A stretch of 64,000 nt of DNA from Candidatus Micrarchaeota archaeon (GTDB lineage: Archaea; Micrarchaeota; Micrarchaeia; Norongarragalinales; Norongarragalinaceae). Below the pieces are notes generated by a model. That model did not search any database. It was not told where the DNA came from and saw nothing but the letters and a program-made list of their open reading frames with translations. Below, piece by piece: positions 39,125 to 48,328 of the stretch; position 1 is the first letter of the stretch, and the number at the start of each line of letters is the position of its first letter. Made by a program: the position numbers and the translations under genes. Where the stretch lies: the NCBI GenBank assembly GCA_016207165.1, contig JACQQD010000008.1:1-64000 (forward strand), read 5' to 3'.

Positions 39125-40645
39125 ATGTCGTACTTGGACGCCTTGATGCACCAGGCCAAGGAGCCGGTTCCTTCTGAACCGTCCAAGGAAAAGCCCTCCA
39201 AGAAGGTGTTGCTGGACGCGTACGGAGACGTCAAGATCTACCGGGAGCCGGACGAACCGCTTTTGTTGTACGAAATCCAGGTGCCCCGTTACCGCGGCGA
39301 GGAAAAGCGGCTGGTGGAGGCGTTGTTGGAAATCGCGTTGAATGTCTTGCCGGTTCAGGCCTCGGCGCTGACGGCGGAAGAAAAACGCCAGCAGTATTTC
39401 CAGAAGATTTTGGAGATCATCGACGGCACGCCGGAACTCAAAGTGCCGGTCAACGCCAAGGAATTTTTCGCGAAAGCCGTGGTGCGGGAAATGGTGGGCT
39501 ACGGCCTCATTGACGACTTGACGCGGGATGACGAATTGGAGGAAATCATGGTCATCGGCAAGCAGAAACCCGTGTACGTCTACCACCGAAAATACGAGAT
39601 GATGCGCACCAACGTGGTCTTCTATGACGACGGAGACATCCGCAACCTCGCCGACCGCATCGCCCGCGCCGTGAACCGACGCGTTGACTTGCAGGCGCCG
39701 CTGTTGGATGCGCGTTTGCCGGATGGCACGCGCGTGAATGCCACCATTCCCCCCATTTCGTTGGACGGCACCACGATTACGCTTCGAAAATTCAAGAAGG
39801 ACCCGTTGACCGTCATCGACTTGATTCGGTACGGCACCATCAATTTCGACGCCGCCGCGTTTCTGTGGCTGGCCTCCGACGGCATGGGCGCTTTTCCCGC
39901 CAACGTCGTCATCTCCGGCGGCACGGCGTCCGGCAAGACCACGACGCTGAACATGTTGTCCGCGTTCGTGCCAAACAGCGAGCGCATCGTCAGCATCGAG
40001 GACACGGCGGAGCTGAATTTGCCGCTTCAGCACTGGATCCGTCTCGAAGTCCGTCCGCCGGGCTTGGAGGGCTCCGGTGAAGTGTCCATGGACGATTTGG
40101 TGAAAAACTCCATCCGCATGCGGCCGGACCGCATCATCGTCGGGGAAATCCGGGGCCAGGAAGGCTACACCATGTTTGCCGCCATGAACACCGGACACCG
40201 CGGCGTCATGGGCACCCTTCACGCCAACTCGGCCAAGGAGACGCTGGTCCGCCTGACGTCGCCGCCGATTAACGTGCCTCTGTCCATGCTTTCTTCGCTG
40301 AACCTCATCATCATGCAGAACCGCATCCACGACCGACGGAAGGGAACGATTCGCCGCATCACGGAAATCGGGGAACTGGTGCCTTCAGAGGAACTGGCCA
40401 TGCCGTCGCTTCAAATCCTGTACCAGTGGGATCCCGTACAGGACGTGCTTTCGTCCACCGGCCTCTCGTCGTTTTACCTCCAACTGCTCTCCCGGTACAC
40501 GGGCCTCTCCCAGGACGACTTGTTGCGGGAAGTCCAAGTGCGTGCGGGGGTCCTGGAACAGTTATCCAAACAAGGAATTCGGTCCTTAGAGGGTGTTTCC
40601 GACGTAACCCAGAACTATCTGGCGAAGTCGCGGTTGAAGGTGTGA
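39125..40645 (+). CDS. type IV pilus assembly ATPase (CpaF/TadA family)
   Basis: GGTASGKTT, IEDTAEL, RMRPDRIIVGEIR, MNTGH. Confidence 0.97.
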   Translation: MSYLDALMHQAKEPVPSEPSKEKPSKKVLLDAYGDVKIYREPDEPLLLYEIQVPRYRGEEKRLVEALLEIALNVLPVQASALTAEEKRQQYFQKILEIIDGTPELKVPVNAKEFFAKAVVREMVGYGLIDDLTRDDELEEIMVIGKQKPVYVYHRKYEMMRTNVVFYDDGDIRNLADRIARAVNRRVDLQAPLLDARLPDGTRVNATIPPISLDGTTITLRKFKKDPLTVIDLIRYGTINFDAAAFLWLASDGMGAFPANVVISGGTASGKTTTLNMLSAFVPNSERIVSIEDTAELNLPLQHWIRLEVRPPGLEGSGEVSMDDLVKNSIRMRPDRIIVGEIRGQEGYTMFAAMNTGHRGVMGTLHANSAKETLVRLTSPPINVPLSMLSSLNLIIMQNRIHDRRKGTIRRITEIGELVPSEELAMPSLQILYQWDPVQDVLSSTGLSSFYLQLLSRYTGLSQDDLLREVQVRAGVLEQLSKQGIRSLEGVSDVTQNYLAKSRLKV

Positions 40646-40655
40646 TGTTCGGCGT

Positions 40656-41711
40656 ATGGATGAGGGTCGTCTGCAACGCATCAAGGACGCTTTGGAAGAG
40701 GCGCCGGACGAGTCGGACGTGGCTTCGACGCCGGACGTGTCGGGGTTGGCGGCCCGCTTCCGCGAAGAGTCCGGTGCACCCACCGCCCCGCAAAAGCCTT
40801 TGCTTAACTTTGACCGCGTGGCTTTCCCCAAGAAAGGCGTGTTGTCGTTCTTCGGCGGAATCTACCAGCGTTTCGGCCGCTTTTTTCGGGGTCTTTCCGA
40901 ATTCTTTTCCCGCCTGCCCATTTACTCGTCGCTGAAAGAAAACTTGGCGTGCGCGGGCATGCGCATGGAGCCGGAGAATTTTCTCGTGATTTCCGTGACG
41001 GGCGCGTTCTCGTTTGGCGCCTTGGTGTTTGCCGCCGTGGCCCTTTTGGGCGTGTTTCTGCGCGACGTGCTTTTGGGCTTGGCAGCCCCCTTTCTTGGCC
41101 TGGCGGCGTTTATCGGCGTGCTGTTGATCGCGCTGTCGTACCCTTCCATGCAGGCCAACCAGCGCGCCACGCACGTGGACCGCGTGTTGCCGTTTGCCTT
41201 GCGTCAGCTGTCCACCCAAGTCAAAGCCGGCGTGTCCTTTCACCGCGCCATGCAATCCATTGCCGCGTCCGACTACGGGTTGCTCAGCGAGGAGTTCGCC
41301 AAAGTGGCCGCGGATGTCAACCGCGGCGACACCATGGAGAATGCGTTGCTGAAAATGTCGCGTCGGACCAAGTCCCGGGGCCTGCGCAGGACCGTCACGC
41401 AACTGCTTCGATCGTTTAAAAGCGGGGGTAACCTGTCGCAGATCATTTCCGACATCGCCGACGACGTCTCCTTCGAGGTGCGCATGAGCATCCGCGACTT
41501 CACCGAGAAGCTCAACTTCATCAACGTCATCTACATCATGGTCGGCGTCGTGGCGCCGGTGACTCTGGCCATTCTGTCGGCGATCCTCCAGATTCCCTTG
41601 TTCGCCGGCAGCATCCCGCCGTTCTTGGTGTACTTTGCCTTCGTGGGCATTTTGGGCGTCATGGTCGCGATTTTGTACGCGACCAAGCGCATGGAGCCGT
41701 CGGTATGGTAA
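40656..41711 (+). CDS. type IV pilus platform protein (TadB/C, T2SS-F)
   Basis: LPFALRQL, YGLLSEEF; several TM segments. Confidence 0.93.
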   Translation: MDEGRLQRIKDALEEAPDESDVASTPDVSGLAARFREESGAPTAPQKPLLNFDRVAFPKKGVLSFFGGIYQRFGRFFRGLSEFFSRLPIYSSLKENLACAGMRMEPENFLVISVTGAFSFGALVFAAVALLGVFLRDVLLGLAAPFLGLAAFIGVLLIALSYPSMQANQRATHVDRVLPFALRQLSTQVKAGVSFHRAMQSIAASDYGLLSEEFAKVAADVNRGDTMENALLKMSRRTKSRGLRRTVTQLLRSFKSGGNLSQIISDIADDVSFEVRMSIRDFTEKLNFINVIYIMVGVVAPVTLAILSAILQIPLFAGSIPPFLVYFAFVGILGVMVAILYATKRMEPSVW

Positions 41712-42619
41712 CTCCGTCGGAAAACCTCAAAGCCCAGTACGGCAAGCTCAAGCAGTATTATGCGGTGGCCGGTTTTCGCATGCCGTTTGAGCGCTTCGTG
41801 GCCCTTTTTTTCCTGATTTCGCTCTCCGTTTTCGTGGTTCTTTTGTTGCTCCGATTGAGCCTGGTCGTATCCGTGGTCGCGTTTTTGACGTTCATGAGTT
41901 TTGCCGTCTCCATTCCGTTGACCATCCGCAACAACCGCATCGACGCCATCGAAGCCAACCTGCCGGATGCACTCAAGCACATGGCTTTGGTGCTCAAGTC
42001 CGGGGGCACCACTGAGGCCGCGTTGCAGGAAGTCGCGCAAGCCGAGTACGGGCCCGTGAGCGACGACCTCAAAACGTCGCTGGTGCAGTTGCAGGAGGGC
42101 AAATCTTTTGAGGAAGTCTTGGAGGAGGCGGCCAAAAAATCCGGTTCGCTTCTCTTCCAGCGAACGGTCCGAATCGTTTTGGACGCCAAGCGCGCCGGCG
42201 GGGGTTTGGCTGACGTCATGTACAGCATCGCCGAAGACGCCCGCGACCTGCTTCACATCAAGCGGGAACGACGCAGCCGCACCACCATGCACGTGTTGTT
42301 CTTGTTTGTTTCTGGCGTCATATTGGCCCCCTTTATTTTCGGTTTTTCCGTGTCCATCGTCCACTACATCAATACGGGTATTTCGTCCGCGCTTCCCAAC
42401 TCGAAAGCGTCGGGTCTCTGCGATTTGAACAGCGTCTTGACGCTGTTCTTGATGGCCCAGACGCTCATTGCCGCCCTGGCTATCGGCTTGATTCGCGAAG
42501 GGCGGTTCACGAAGTATCTCCTGTACGCGCCGGTCATGGTTTTGGCCGCCCTTATTATATTCGAGGCCGGTAAGTTTGTAAGCGCCCTCATCGTGGGCGG
42601 CGCCGTGATTGCATGCTGA
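41705..42619 (+). CDS. type IV pilus platform protein (TadC, T2SS-F)
   Basis: NLPDALKHMA, EYGPVS, GGGLAD. Confidence 0.93.
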   Translation: MVTPSENLKAQYGKLKQYYAVAGFRMPFERFVALFFLISLSVFVVLLLLRLSLVVSVVAFLTFMSFAVSIPLTIRNNRIDAIEANLPDALKHMALVLKSGGTTEAALQEVAQAEYGPVSDDLKTSLVQLQEGKSFEEVLEEAAKKSGSLLFQRTVRIVLDAKRAGGGLADVMYSIAEDARDLLHIKRERRSRTTMHVLFLFVSGVILAPFIFGFSVSIVHYINTGISSALPNSKASGLCDLNSVLTLFLMAQTLIAALAIGLIREGRFTKYLLYAPVMVLAALIIFEAGKFVSALIVGGAVIAC

Positions 42620-42741
42620 AAAAAGCCTTCCGTTCAATCCGCGGACAAACGGCGATTGAATACGTCATGATGATTAGTGCCACCGTCATGTTCATTTCAC
42701 TCGTCGCTTTTTTCATCAAGACTCGAGTGATTGCGCCGTGA
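42613..42741 (+). CDS. minimal pilin-like protein (42 aa)
   Basis: Class III signal RG|QTAIEY plus hydrophobic helix; below the ORF-track cutoff. Confidence 0.75.
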   Translation: MLKKAFRSIRGQTAIEYVMMISATVMFISLVAFFIKTRVIAP

Positions 42742-42974
42742 GTTCACCGCTTCGCTCCCAGACGTCCATTGAGTACGTCATGATTTTGGGCGGCGTTTTG
42801 CTGATCGTGTCGTTGTTTGCGTATTTTCTCCTCAACACGGTCTACGCGCCGCAGACGGCCGACTTGGAGAATAAATCCAAGGAGTACAAAGACCTCAAAG
42901 GGCAACTCAACGACCAATTGGGCGACTTGGACGGTTCTGAGCAACCCGGCCCGTCGCCGTCGCCGGCTGGATGA
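42738..42974 (+). CDS. pilin-like protein
   Basis: RS|QTSIEY class III signal. Confidence 0.85.
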   Translation: MSSPLRSQTSIEYVMILGGVLLIVSLFAYFLLNTVYAPQTADLENKSKEYKDLKGQLNDQLGDLDGSEQPGPSPSPAG

Positions 42975-43037
42975 CAAAGGTTTTTAAACCCCGTTCCGTT
43001 AGGCTTTCAATTGAATCTCACAAGGGGGTTTTTCAGG

Positions 43038-43367
43038 ATGAAGCGGGGTCAAGGAACCTTTGAGTACGTGTTGCTTTTGGGCGGCGTTTTGTTGATCGTG
43101 GTTTTGGCTATCGTTGTTTTGCAGCAGACGGCGCAACAGGGCTTCCAGGGCGCGGGCCAGCAACAGTGTACGGCGCGCTTGTTGACGGACATTTCCTGTC
43201 GCAACGCGCAAGGCAACTTTAACAGTTGTGGCGTCGTGACGGCCTCCACGTATCAGGGTTGCCAATTCCAGGCAGGCACGTTTACCACGGCCGCGCCGAC
43301 GGGTTGCACCAACACCATTGACGCCGCCACGCAGCGGTACTGCGGCCGCGCGCCGATTGGTCCGTAA
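43038..43367 (+). CDS. pilin (candidate major pilin A)
   Basis: RG|QGTFEY; six-Cys head; TTTTTAAA box upstream. Confidence 0.88.
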   Translation: MKRGQGTFEYVLLLGGVLLIVVLAIVVLQQTAQQGFQGAGQQQCTARLLTDISCRNAQGNFNSCGVVTASTYQGCQFQAGTFTTAAPTGCTNTIDAATQRYCGRAPIGP

Positions 43368-43435
43368 AACGGTTTTTTTTCCCCGTTTTCCTTTTTTTCT
43401 TTTCGTATTCCTTTTTTTTCGTTCCTCTTTTTTCC
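43368..43435 (+). terminator. oligo-T tract terminator region
   Basis: Several T6-T9 runs after the pilin stop. Confidence 0.6.
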
Positions 43436-43470
43436 TAAAGGCTTAAATTTTGTGGTTGTTTGGCTGGTTC

Positions 43471-43806
43471 ATGCGTTTGCGGCGGGGTCAAGGAACCTTT
43501 GAGTACGTGTTGCTTTTGGGCGGCGTTTTGTTGATCGTGGTTTTGGCTATCGTTGTTTTGCAGCAGACGGCTCAAGAAAGTTTTCGGGACGCCGGCTCCA
43601 AGCAGTGCGCGGCGCGCTTGCTCACGGATTTAGAGTGCCACGATGCCGACGGTTCTTGGAATGCGTGCGAGGACGTGGATGCATCGCGGTATGCGGGGTG
43701 CGTGTTTGGGTCGGAGACGTTTACCGCCGTGAGTCCGAGGGCGGGTTGCGAGGCGTTGGATGACCCCTTGACGGAGCGGTACTGCGGCAAGCCCCCGGTG
43801 TCGTAA
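43471..43806 (+). CDS. pilin (paralog B)
   Basis: RG|QGTFEY; 90 bp identical to pilin A. Confidence 0.88.
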   Translation: MRLRRGQGTFEYVLLLGGVLLIVVLAIVVLQQTAQESFRDAGSKQCAARLLTDLECHDADGSWNACEDVDASRYAGCVFGSETFTAVSPRAGCEALDDPLTERYCGKPPVS

Positions 43807-43852
43807 GGGCTTTTGGTAAATGCTTTTTAACGAGGGTCACGTCGTGTCTTTC

Positions 43853-44029
43853 ATGCGGAATAAAGTTCGGGCCCAAGCCGCCATTGAATACATTTTACTG
43901 GTTTCGTTTGGCTTGTTCGTCGTCATCGTCGGCTTCACGTTGGCTTTTTACGTGAAGAGCTTCACGGATTCCGCGTTGGCCTTGGTCGCGGAGAACCGGG
44001 ATGCCATGCTGGGCTTTTTGTTGCGTTGA
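43853..44029 (+). CDS. short pilin-like protein
   Basis: RA|QAAIEY class III signal. Confidence 0.85.
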   Translation: MRNKVRAQAAIEYILLVSFGLFVVIVGFTLAFYVKSFTDSALALVAENRDAMLGFLLR

Positions 44030-44141
44030 TTTGATTCGCGTTAGCCGGGGGTTCGGGGGAACCTGGGACTATAGGGGGCGGAGCCCCCTGTGGTCCGGGC
44101 GTGAGAACCGGGATGCCATGCTGGGCTTTTTGCTTCGGTAG
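44030..44141 (+). repeat. hairpin element 5 plus duplicated pilin 3' end
   Basis: 30-bp repeat 43991-44020 / 44103-44132; shares TTCGCG, TAGCCGGGGGT, GGGGAACCTGGG, GGGGGCGGAGCCCCC and GGTCCGGG with the tRNA-linked elements. Confidence 0.88.
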
Positions 44142-44181
44142 ACGGAAATCCTTTTCTGTCCGTGTATCCTTTTTTCTCTGC

Positions 44182-44697
44182 ATGAAAGCGTTGCGGCGCG
44201 AGTTTGAGGATTTGCATGGGTGGAGGCTCGTTGAAGCGGATCGGGTTTTCCGGTCCAGAAAGCCTCTTGTTCCAGGTCAGCCGTTGGACGTGAGCTTTAA
44301 TTCAGGCATTCGGTTGTATGCGCCTATACTTCGATTTCAGGTTCCTTTGGATGCCGTCCTGAGGCGGAAGCGAGCCGAGGCGTTGCGCGACCGATGGAAT
44401 CTGATTCAACGGCCTTCGCTGGACTCCGCAGACTCGCGGGCCAGAATTCGGTACTACCTGGATACGCATCGCTTTCAACGGGTCCGCGATTTGTTTAACG
44501 ATTCGCGATTGCATCGGGACCTCCGTGCGGAAGTGGCGGCTCCACTGCGCACGTTCTTCGGTGGGTTATTGGATTCCGGACGGTTTGACGGGGCGCGGTT
44601 TCAGCCTTACTACGTACTTCGGAAACTCGATGACGCGTCGGGAAAACCCGTTTTGGAGTTGCTTGTTTCCTTTGCGCGGATGACGCCGCAAGGGTGA
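44182..44697 (+). CDS. hypothetical protein (Arg-rich ORFan)
   Basis: ORF interrupting the pilus locus directly after element 5. Confidence 0.55.
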   Translation: MKALRREFEDLHGWRLVEADRVFRSRKPLVPGQPLDVSFNSGIRLYAPILRFQVPLDAVLRRKRAEALRDRWNLIQRPSLDSADSRARIRYYLDTHRFQRVRDLFNDSRLHRDLRAEVAAPLRTFFGGLLDSGRFDGARFQPYYVLRKLDDASGKPVLELLVSFARMTPQG

Positions 44698-44750
44698 GTG
44701 GATTTTTTTTCTACCCGTGGTTTTTCTTTTCTTTTTCCCGTATTTGGTTC

Positions 44751-45161
44751 GTGTTGGCGGAAATCGTTTTCTTGCAGTACGCGTTGGGCGCGGCGGCCTG
44801 GGATGTTGCGTTGGGTAAAGTGCCGAATTTCTGGAATGGGTTGTGGGTGGCGGCCGGGTTTTCGTTGGCGGGTTTGTCGTTTCCCGTTTTGGCGGCGGGC
44901 GGGTTTGTCTTGGGCTTGTGGCGGTTGGGCGTGTGGGGTGCCGGTGACGCCAAGTTTTTTGTCGGAATGGCGTTGTTTTGCTCGGCGTGGCTTTGGCCGT
45001 GGGCTTGGTTGGCCGTGTTTCTGGCTTCCGCGGTCTTGTTGGCCGGGTGGTTGGTGTTTAATAGGCAGAATTCGAAAGGATTGCGTCCGTCCTTCGTCCC
45101 GTTTCTGGTGGCGGGGTTTGTCGTGGTGTGGGCGTTGGCGGGTTTGGGCGTGTTGATGTGA
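44751..45161 (+). CDS. prepilin peptidase (A24 family)
   Basis: WD...VPN and GAGDAK motifs; FVPFL; start uncertain (44694 possible). Confidence 0.85.
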   Translation: MLAEIVFLQYALGAAAWDVALGKVPNFWNGLWVAAGFSLAGLSFPVLAAGGFVLGLWRLGVWGAGDAKFFVGMALFCSAWLWPWAWLAVFLASAVLLAGWLVFNRQNSKGLRPSFVPFLVAGFVVVWALAGLGVLM

Positions 45162-45595
45162 GTCGTGGACAATTTAGCATTGATTTTTTCCTGGTTTTGT
45201 CCATTGTCGTGGCCTTCAGCGTGCTGTTGTACAATGTGGCGTTGGGCGAAATCGGCAAGACGAAGCTCTTGGATTCCGCGGTGTTGGGCAAGCACGCATT
45301 GGATGAGTTGGCCTCCGGCGTGGACACGGCCGCCTTTTCGGGCAACCAGAGCCGCTTGCGCAAGGAATTGTTCGTTCCCGAGGACGTCAATTGCCTGTAT
45401 TTTAACTCCACCGAGAACGCGTTTTACTGTTTTGTGACGTCCTCGTTTTTGGAGGGGAGGCCCAACCGGTTGGTCAGCCGGTCTTTGTTGTCGTCCACGC
45501 CGTTGGACGTGCAATGCGGGCTGGCACCGGGCTGGCATGCCGCGTCGTTTTTCAACAACGGTTCGCACGTGGTGGTTTCATGCAGCGGCGTCTGA
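45158..45595 (+). CDS. pilin-like protein
   Basis: RG|QFSIDF class III signal. Confidence 0.82.
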   Translation: MSRGQFSIDFFLVLSIVVAFSVLLYNVALGEIGKTKLLDSAVLGKHALDELASGVDTAAFSGNQSRLRKELFVPEDVNCLYFNSTENAFYCFVTSSFLEGRPNRLVSRSLLSSTPLDVQCGLAPGWHAASFFNNGSHVVVSCSGV

Positions 45596-46005
45596 GGCGG
45601 TTGTTTGCCTTGCGCCCATTGGGTTCGCGCGCCTGCTTTCGAGGCCAGGGAGCCGTAGAGTACTTGTTCGTCATCGTTTTCCTGGTGGGCTTCATCGTCG
45701 CCGTGCTGGTTCCGTCTGTGCGGCAAGCGGAAATCTCGGTGGCTCTTTCCTCCGCTCGGCAGGGTTTTCTGGACGCGTCGTCTCCGGACGCGCGCTTGCT
45801 TTCGCTGAATTATTCGGTGCAGGAGGATACCGTGTGGTTGGACCCTCAGGTAATCAACCGTTCCACGGGTGGGCCGTTGGCGTTGTCCGCTGTACTTTCC
45901 GCTGGAATGTTGGATGGCGTGCAAAAGTTGTCGCCGTCGCAAACCCGCAATGAATCGTGCGCGTTTACTTCGAATTTTGCGTATTGCCTGGTGGGTTCGT
46001 CGTGA
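45580..46005 (+). CDS. pilin-like protein
   Basis: RG|QGAVEY class III signal. Confidence 0.82.
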   Translation: MQRRLRRLFALRPLGSRACFRGQGAVEYLFVIVFLVGFIVAVLVPSVRQAEISVALSSARQGFLDASSPDARLLSLNYSVQEDTVWLDPQVINRSTGGPLALSAVLSAGMLDGVQKLSPSQTRNESCAFTSNFAYCLVGSS

Positions 46006-46469
46006 TTTGGTTCCAGTTGTTGTTGGTCTTGTTTTTGGCTTTGCCGCTTTTGTTCTCGTTTTTGCCGTGGGTGGGGGTGGCGTTGTTGTACGCCGCGTTT
46101 TTGGTCGCGGGGTTGTTCAAGGCGTTGTCGTTTTCGCCGCCGAACAAAAAGCCGGCGGTGGCGCTGTATGCCTTTTTCGCCGCGCTTTCTTTGGTTCTGT
46201 CGTTGGGGCTTCAGGCCGGCGTCGTCGTGTGGGTTTTAGCGGTTGGCGCCGTGGCGGCCTTGGGCGTTTTTTTTGTCTGGCTGTCGTTTTGGCAGCGTGA
46301 TGTGTCTTGCGAAATGCTGGGTTGGACCAACGGCTTTGCGGTGCTGCGCGTGCCGAAGTTGTTGGTGGCGTGGGTGCGTCCGGGCGTGTACGCGTTGGCG
46401 TGCCCCCAAAAGCCGAAGGCAAAGTTAGTCATCGTTCGTTTCGGTTGGAGTGGCGGAAAGATTCTGTGA
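46002..46469 (+). CDS. membrane protein
   Basis: About four TM segments; translational coupling. Confidence 0.7.
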   Translation: MIWFQLLLVLFLALPLLFSFLPWVGVALLYAAFLVAGLFKALSFSPPNKKPAVALYAFFAALSLVLSLGLQAGVVVWVLAVGAVAALGVFFVWLSFWQRDVSCEMLGWTNGFAVLRVPKLLVAWVRPGVYALACPQKPKAKLVIVRFGWSGGKIL

Positions 46470-46777
46470 AGAGAGTGTTTTTGGTATTGGCGCTTCTGGG
46501 TTTTGCCGTAGCCTTTTTTTTCCAGTCCTCGCCCGCGGCCACGCGCGTGTCGGCGTTGTCGGAACGTTTTGAGGGACGAAGCGTTCTGGCATGGGGCGTG
46601 GTGCAAGCCGTTTCGGGTCCGTGGATGCGGGTGTGTGATGCGGGCCGGTGCGTGTCGGTGGTGTCGTCCCGCGATTTTGACTCTCGTTTTTCCGGCCGGC
46701 GGGTGTGGGTGGACGGCGTGTACCGGCAGGACACTTTGTTCGTCAAGACGCCAAAGGACGTCGACGTGTCCGGCTAG
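46466..46777 (+). CDS. membrane-anchored OB-fold-like protein
   Basis: N-terminal TM then beta-rich domain (V.V.GVY). Confidence 0.6.
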   Translation: MKRVFLVLALLGFAVAFFFQSSPAATRVSALSERFEGRSVLAWGVVQAVSGPWMRVCDAGRCVSVVSSRDFDSRFSGRRVWVDGVYRQDTLFVKTPKDVDVSG

Positions 46778-47358
46778 CGCTTGACGAAATTCAGGAGAAA
46801 GTGTTCGTGGAGGCGCAAGTCGCCGGAGAGTTCGGGGTGAAACGCGAGCGCCAACGCGTTTTGTTGTTCGACGCCGACCACGGTTTCGTTGAAAAAGGCC
46901 ACCGATTGCGCCGGGGCTTGGACGTTTGAGGCGCTGGGCGCGCGAATAAAGATTCCTGGGAACGGCTCTTCCAGGAACGAGACGTGGACGGGGGCTTGGA
47001 AGCTTTCGCGTTGTCGGCCAAACGCGTTGCGTTCCACGCAGAAATCCATGCGTTGCAACAGTTTTTGCCCGGTTTGCTGGACTTGGATGCCGCCGGTTTT
47101 GGCCAACAGCACCATGCCAGCGCACGTGCCAAGGATGGGCAAGTCTTCCAGGGCGTCTTTCATTTCATTTTTGTCGATGAGTTTGGAAATGGTGGTGGAT
47201 TCGCCGCCGGGAAGGATGGCGGCATCGGCGTTTTCCAACGCGAGTCGGTCTTTGGCCCATGAGACGGCGCCGTGGAAATTCAGGTTTTTCATGGCTTTTT
47301 CCGTGGCGTGCACGTGTTCCAAGACGGCGCCTTGCACTCCAACGACGGCGATGTTCAT
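46774..47358 (-). CDS. pdxT: PLP synthase glutaminase subunit
   Basis: PGGESTT, GTCAG, RNAFGRQ, FHPEL. Confidence 0.97.
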   Translation of the reverse strand: MNIAVVGVQGAVLEHVHATEKAMKNLNFHGAVSWAKDRLALENADAAILPGGESTTISKLIDKNEMKDALEDLPILGTCAGMVLLAKTGGIQVQQTGQKLLQRMDFCVERNAFGRQRESFQAPVHVSFLEEPFPGIFIRAPSASNVQAPAQSVAFFNETVVGVEQQNALALAFHPELSGDLRLHEHFLLNFVKR

Positions 47359-48227
47359 TGGCTTCTCTCCTGCATGCGCACGGCGGGTTTTTCCTCGCCT
47401 TTCATGGCGGACCCCAACATTTTGGAGGCGTCCGCCACGACGTGGGGGTCGTCGAATTTCTGGGTGGCCGAGACGATGGCTTTGGCGTAGGCTTCCGGGT
47501 TGTCGGACTTGAAAATGCCGGATCCCACAAATACGCCGTCCACGCCCAACTGCATCAGGAGCGCGGCGTCGGCCGGCGTGGCGATGCCGCCGGCGGCAAA
47601 GTTGACAACAGGCAATCGGCTCATTTCCTTGGTTTGCGTGACGAGTTCCAGGGGCACGCGCATTTGCTGGGCTTTTTGTTGCAGCGCGTTTTGGCTGAGG
47701 GACTCCAGTTCCAAAATTTCGTTTTGGATGCAGCGGGTGTGGCGGACGGCTTGGACGATGTTGCCTGTTCCGGGCTCGCCTTTGGTGCGGATCATGGCCG
47801 CGCCTTCGTCAATGCGCCGCAGCGCTTCGCCCAGGTTTTTGGCTCCGCATACAAAGGGGACGGTGAAGGCTTTTTTGTCGATGTGGCGTTCTTCGTCGGC
47901 GACGCTCAAGACTTCGCTTTCGTCAATCATGTCCACGCCGATTTGTTGCAGGACTTGGGCTTCCGCGAAGTGGCCGATGCGGGCTTTGGCCATGATGGGG
48001 ATGGTGACGGCCTGCATGACGCGTTCGATCCGCGCCGGGTCGGCCATGCGGGCTATCCCGCCGGCGGCGCGGATGTCCGCGGGCACGCGCTCCAGCACCA
48101 TGACGGCCACGGCTCCGGCTTTTTCCGCGAGAATGGCTTGGTCTTCGTTGACTACGTCCATGATGACTCCGCCTTTCTGCATGCGGGCAAAGCCCCGCTT
48201 GACTATCGGAGTACCGGTTTGAATCAT
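47355..48227 (-). CDS. pdxS: PLP synthase subunit
   Basis: [33 protein letters not shown]. Confidence 0.98.
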   Translation of the reverse strand: MIQTGTPIVKRGFARMQKGGVIMDVVNEDQAILAEKAGAVAVMVLERVPADIRAAGGIARMADPARIERVMQAVTIPIMAKARIGHFAEAQVLQQIGVDMIDESEVLSVADEERHIDKKAFTVPFVCGAKNLGEALRRIDEGAAMIRTKGEPGTGNIVQAVRHTRCIQNEILELESLSQNALQQKAQQMRVPLELVTQTKEMSRLPVVNFAAGGIATPADAALLMQLGVDGVFVGSGIFKSDNPEAYAKAIVSATQKFDDPHVVADASKMLGSAMKGEEKPAVRMQERSQ

Positions 48228-48328
48228 GGTGGAACGCTGTGGCGTGCCGCGTTTTTTAAGGCCACTCTTCGCTCGGTTGATTGGAATTCTACCCAAGGCT
48301 TTTCATGGGTTTTTTCCGCTTTCCCTTC

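Noticed and set aside
828-44132. Direct repeats as a CRISPR array or DGR template/variable pair
   Set aside because: Each repeat occurs only twice and copies a gene end; no cas or RT gene and no adenine-specific mismatches
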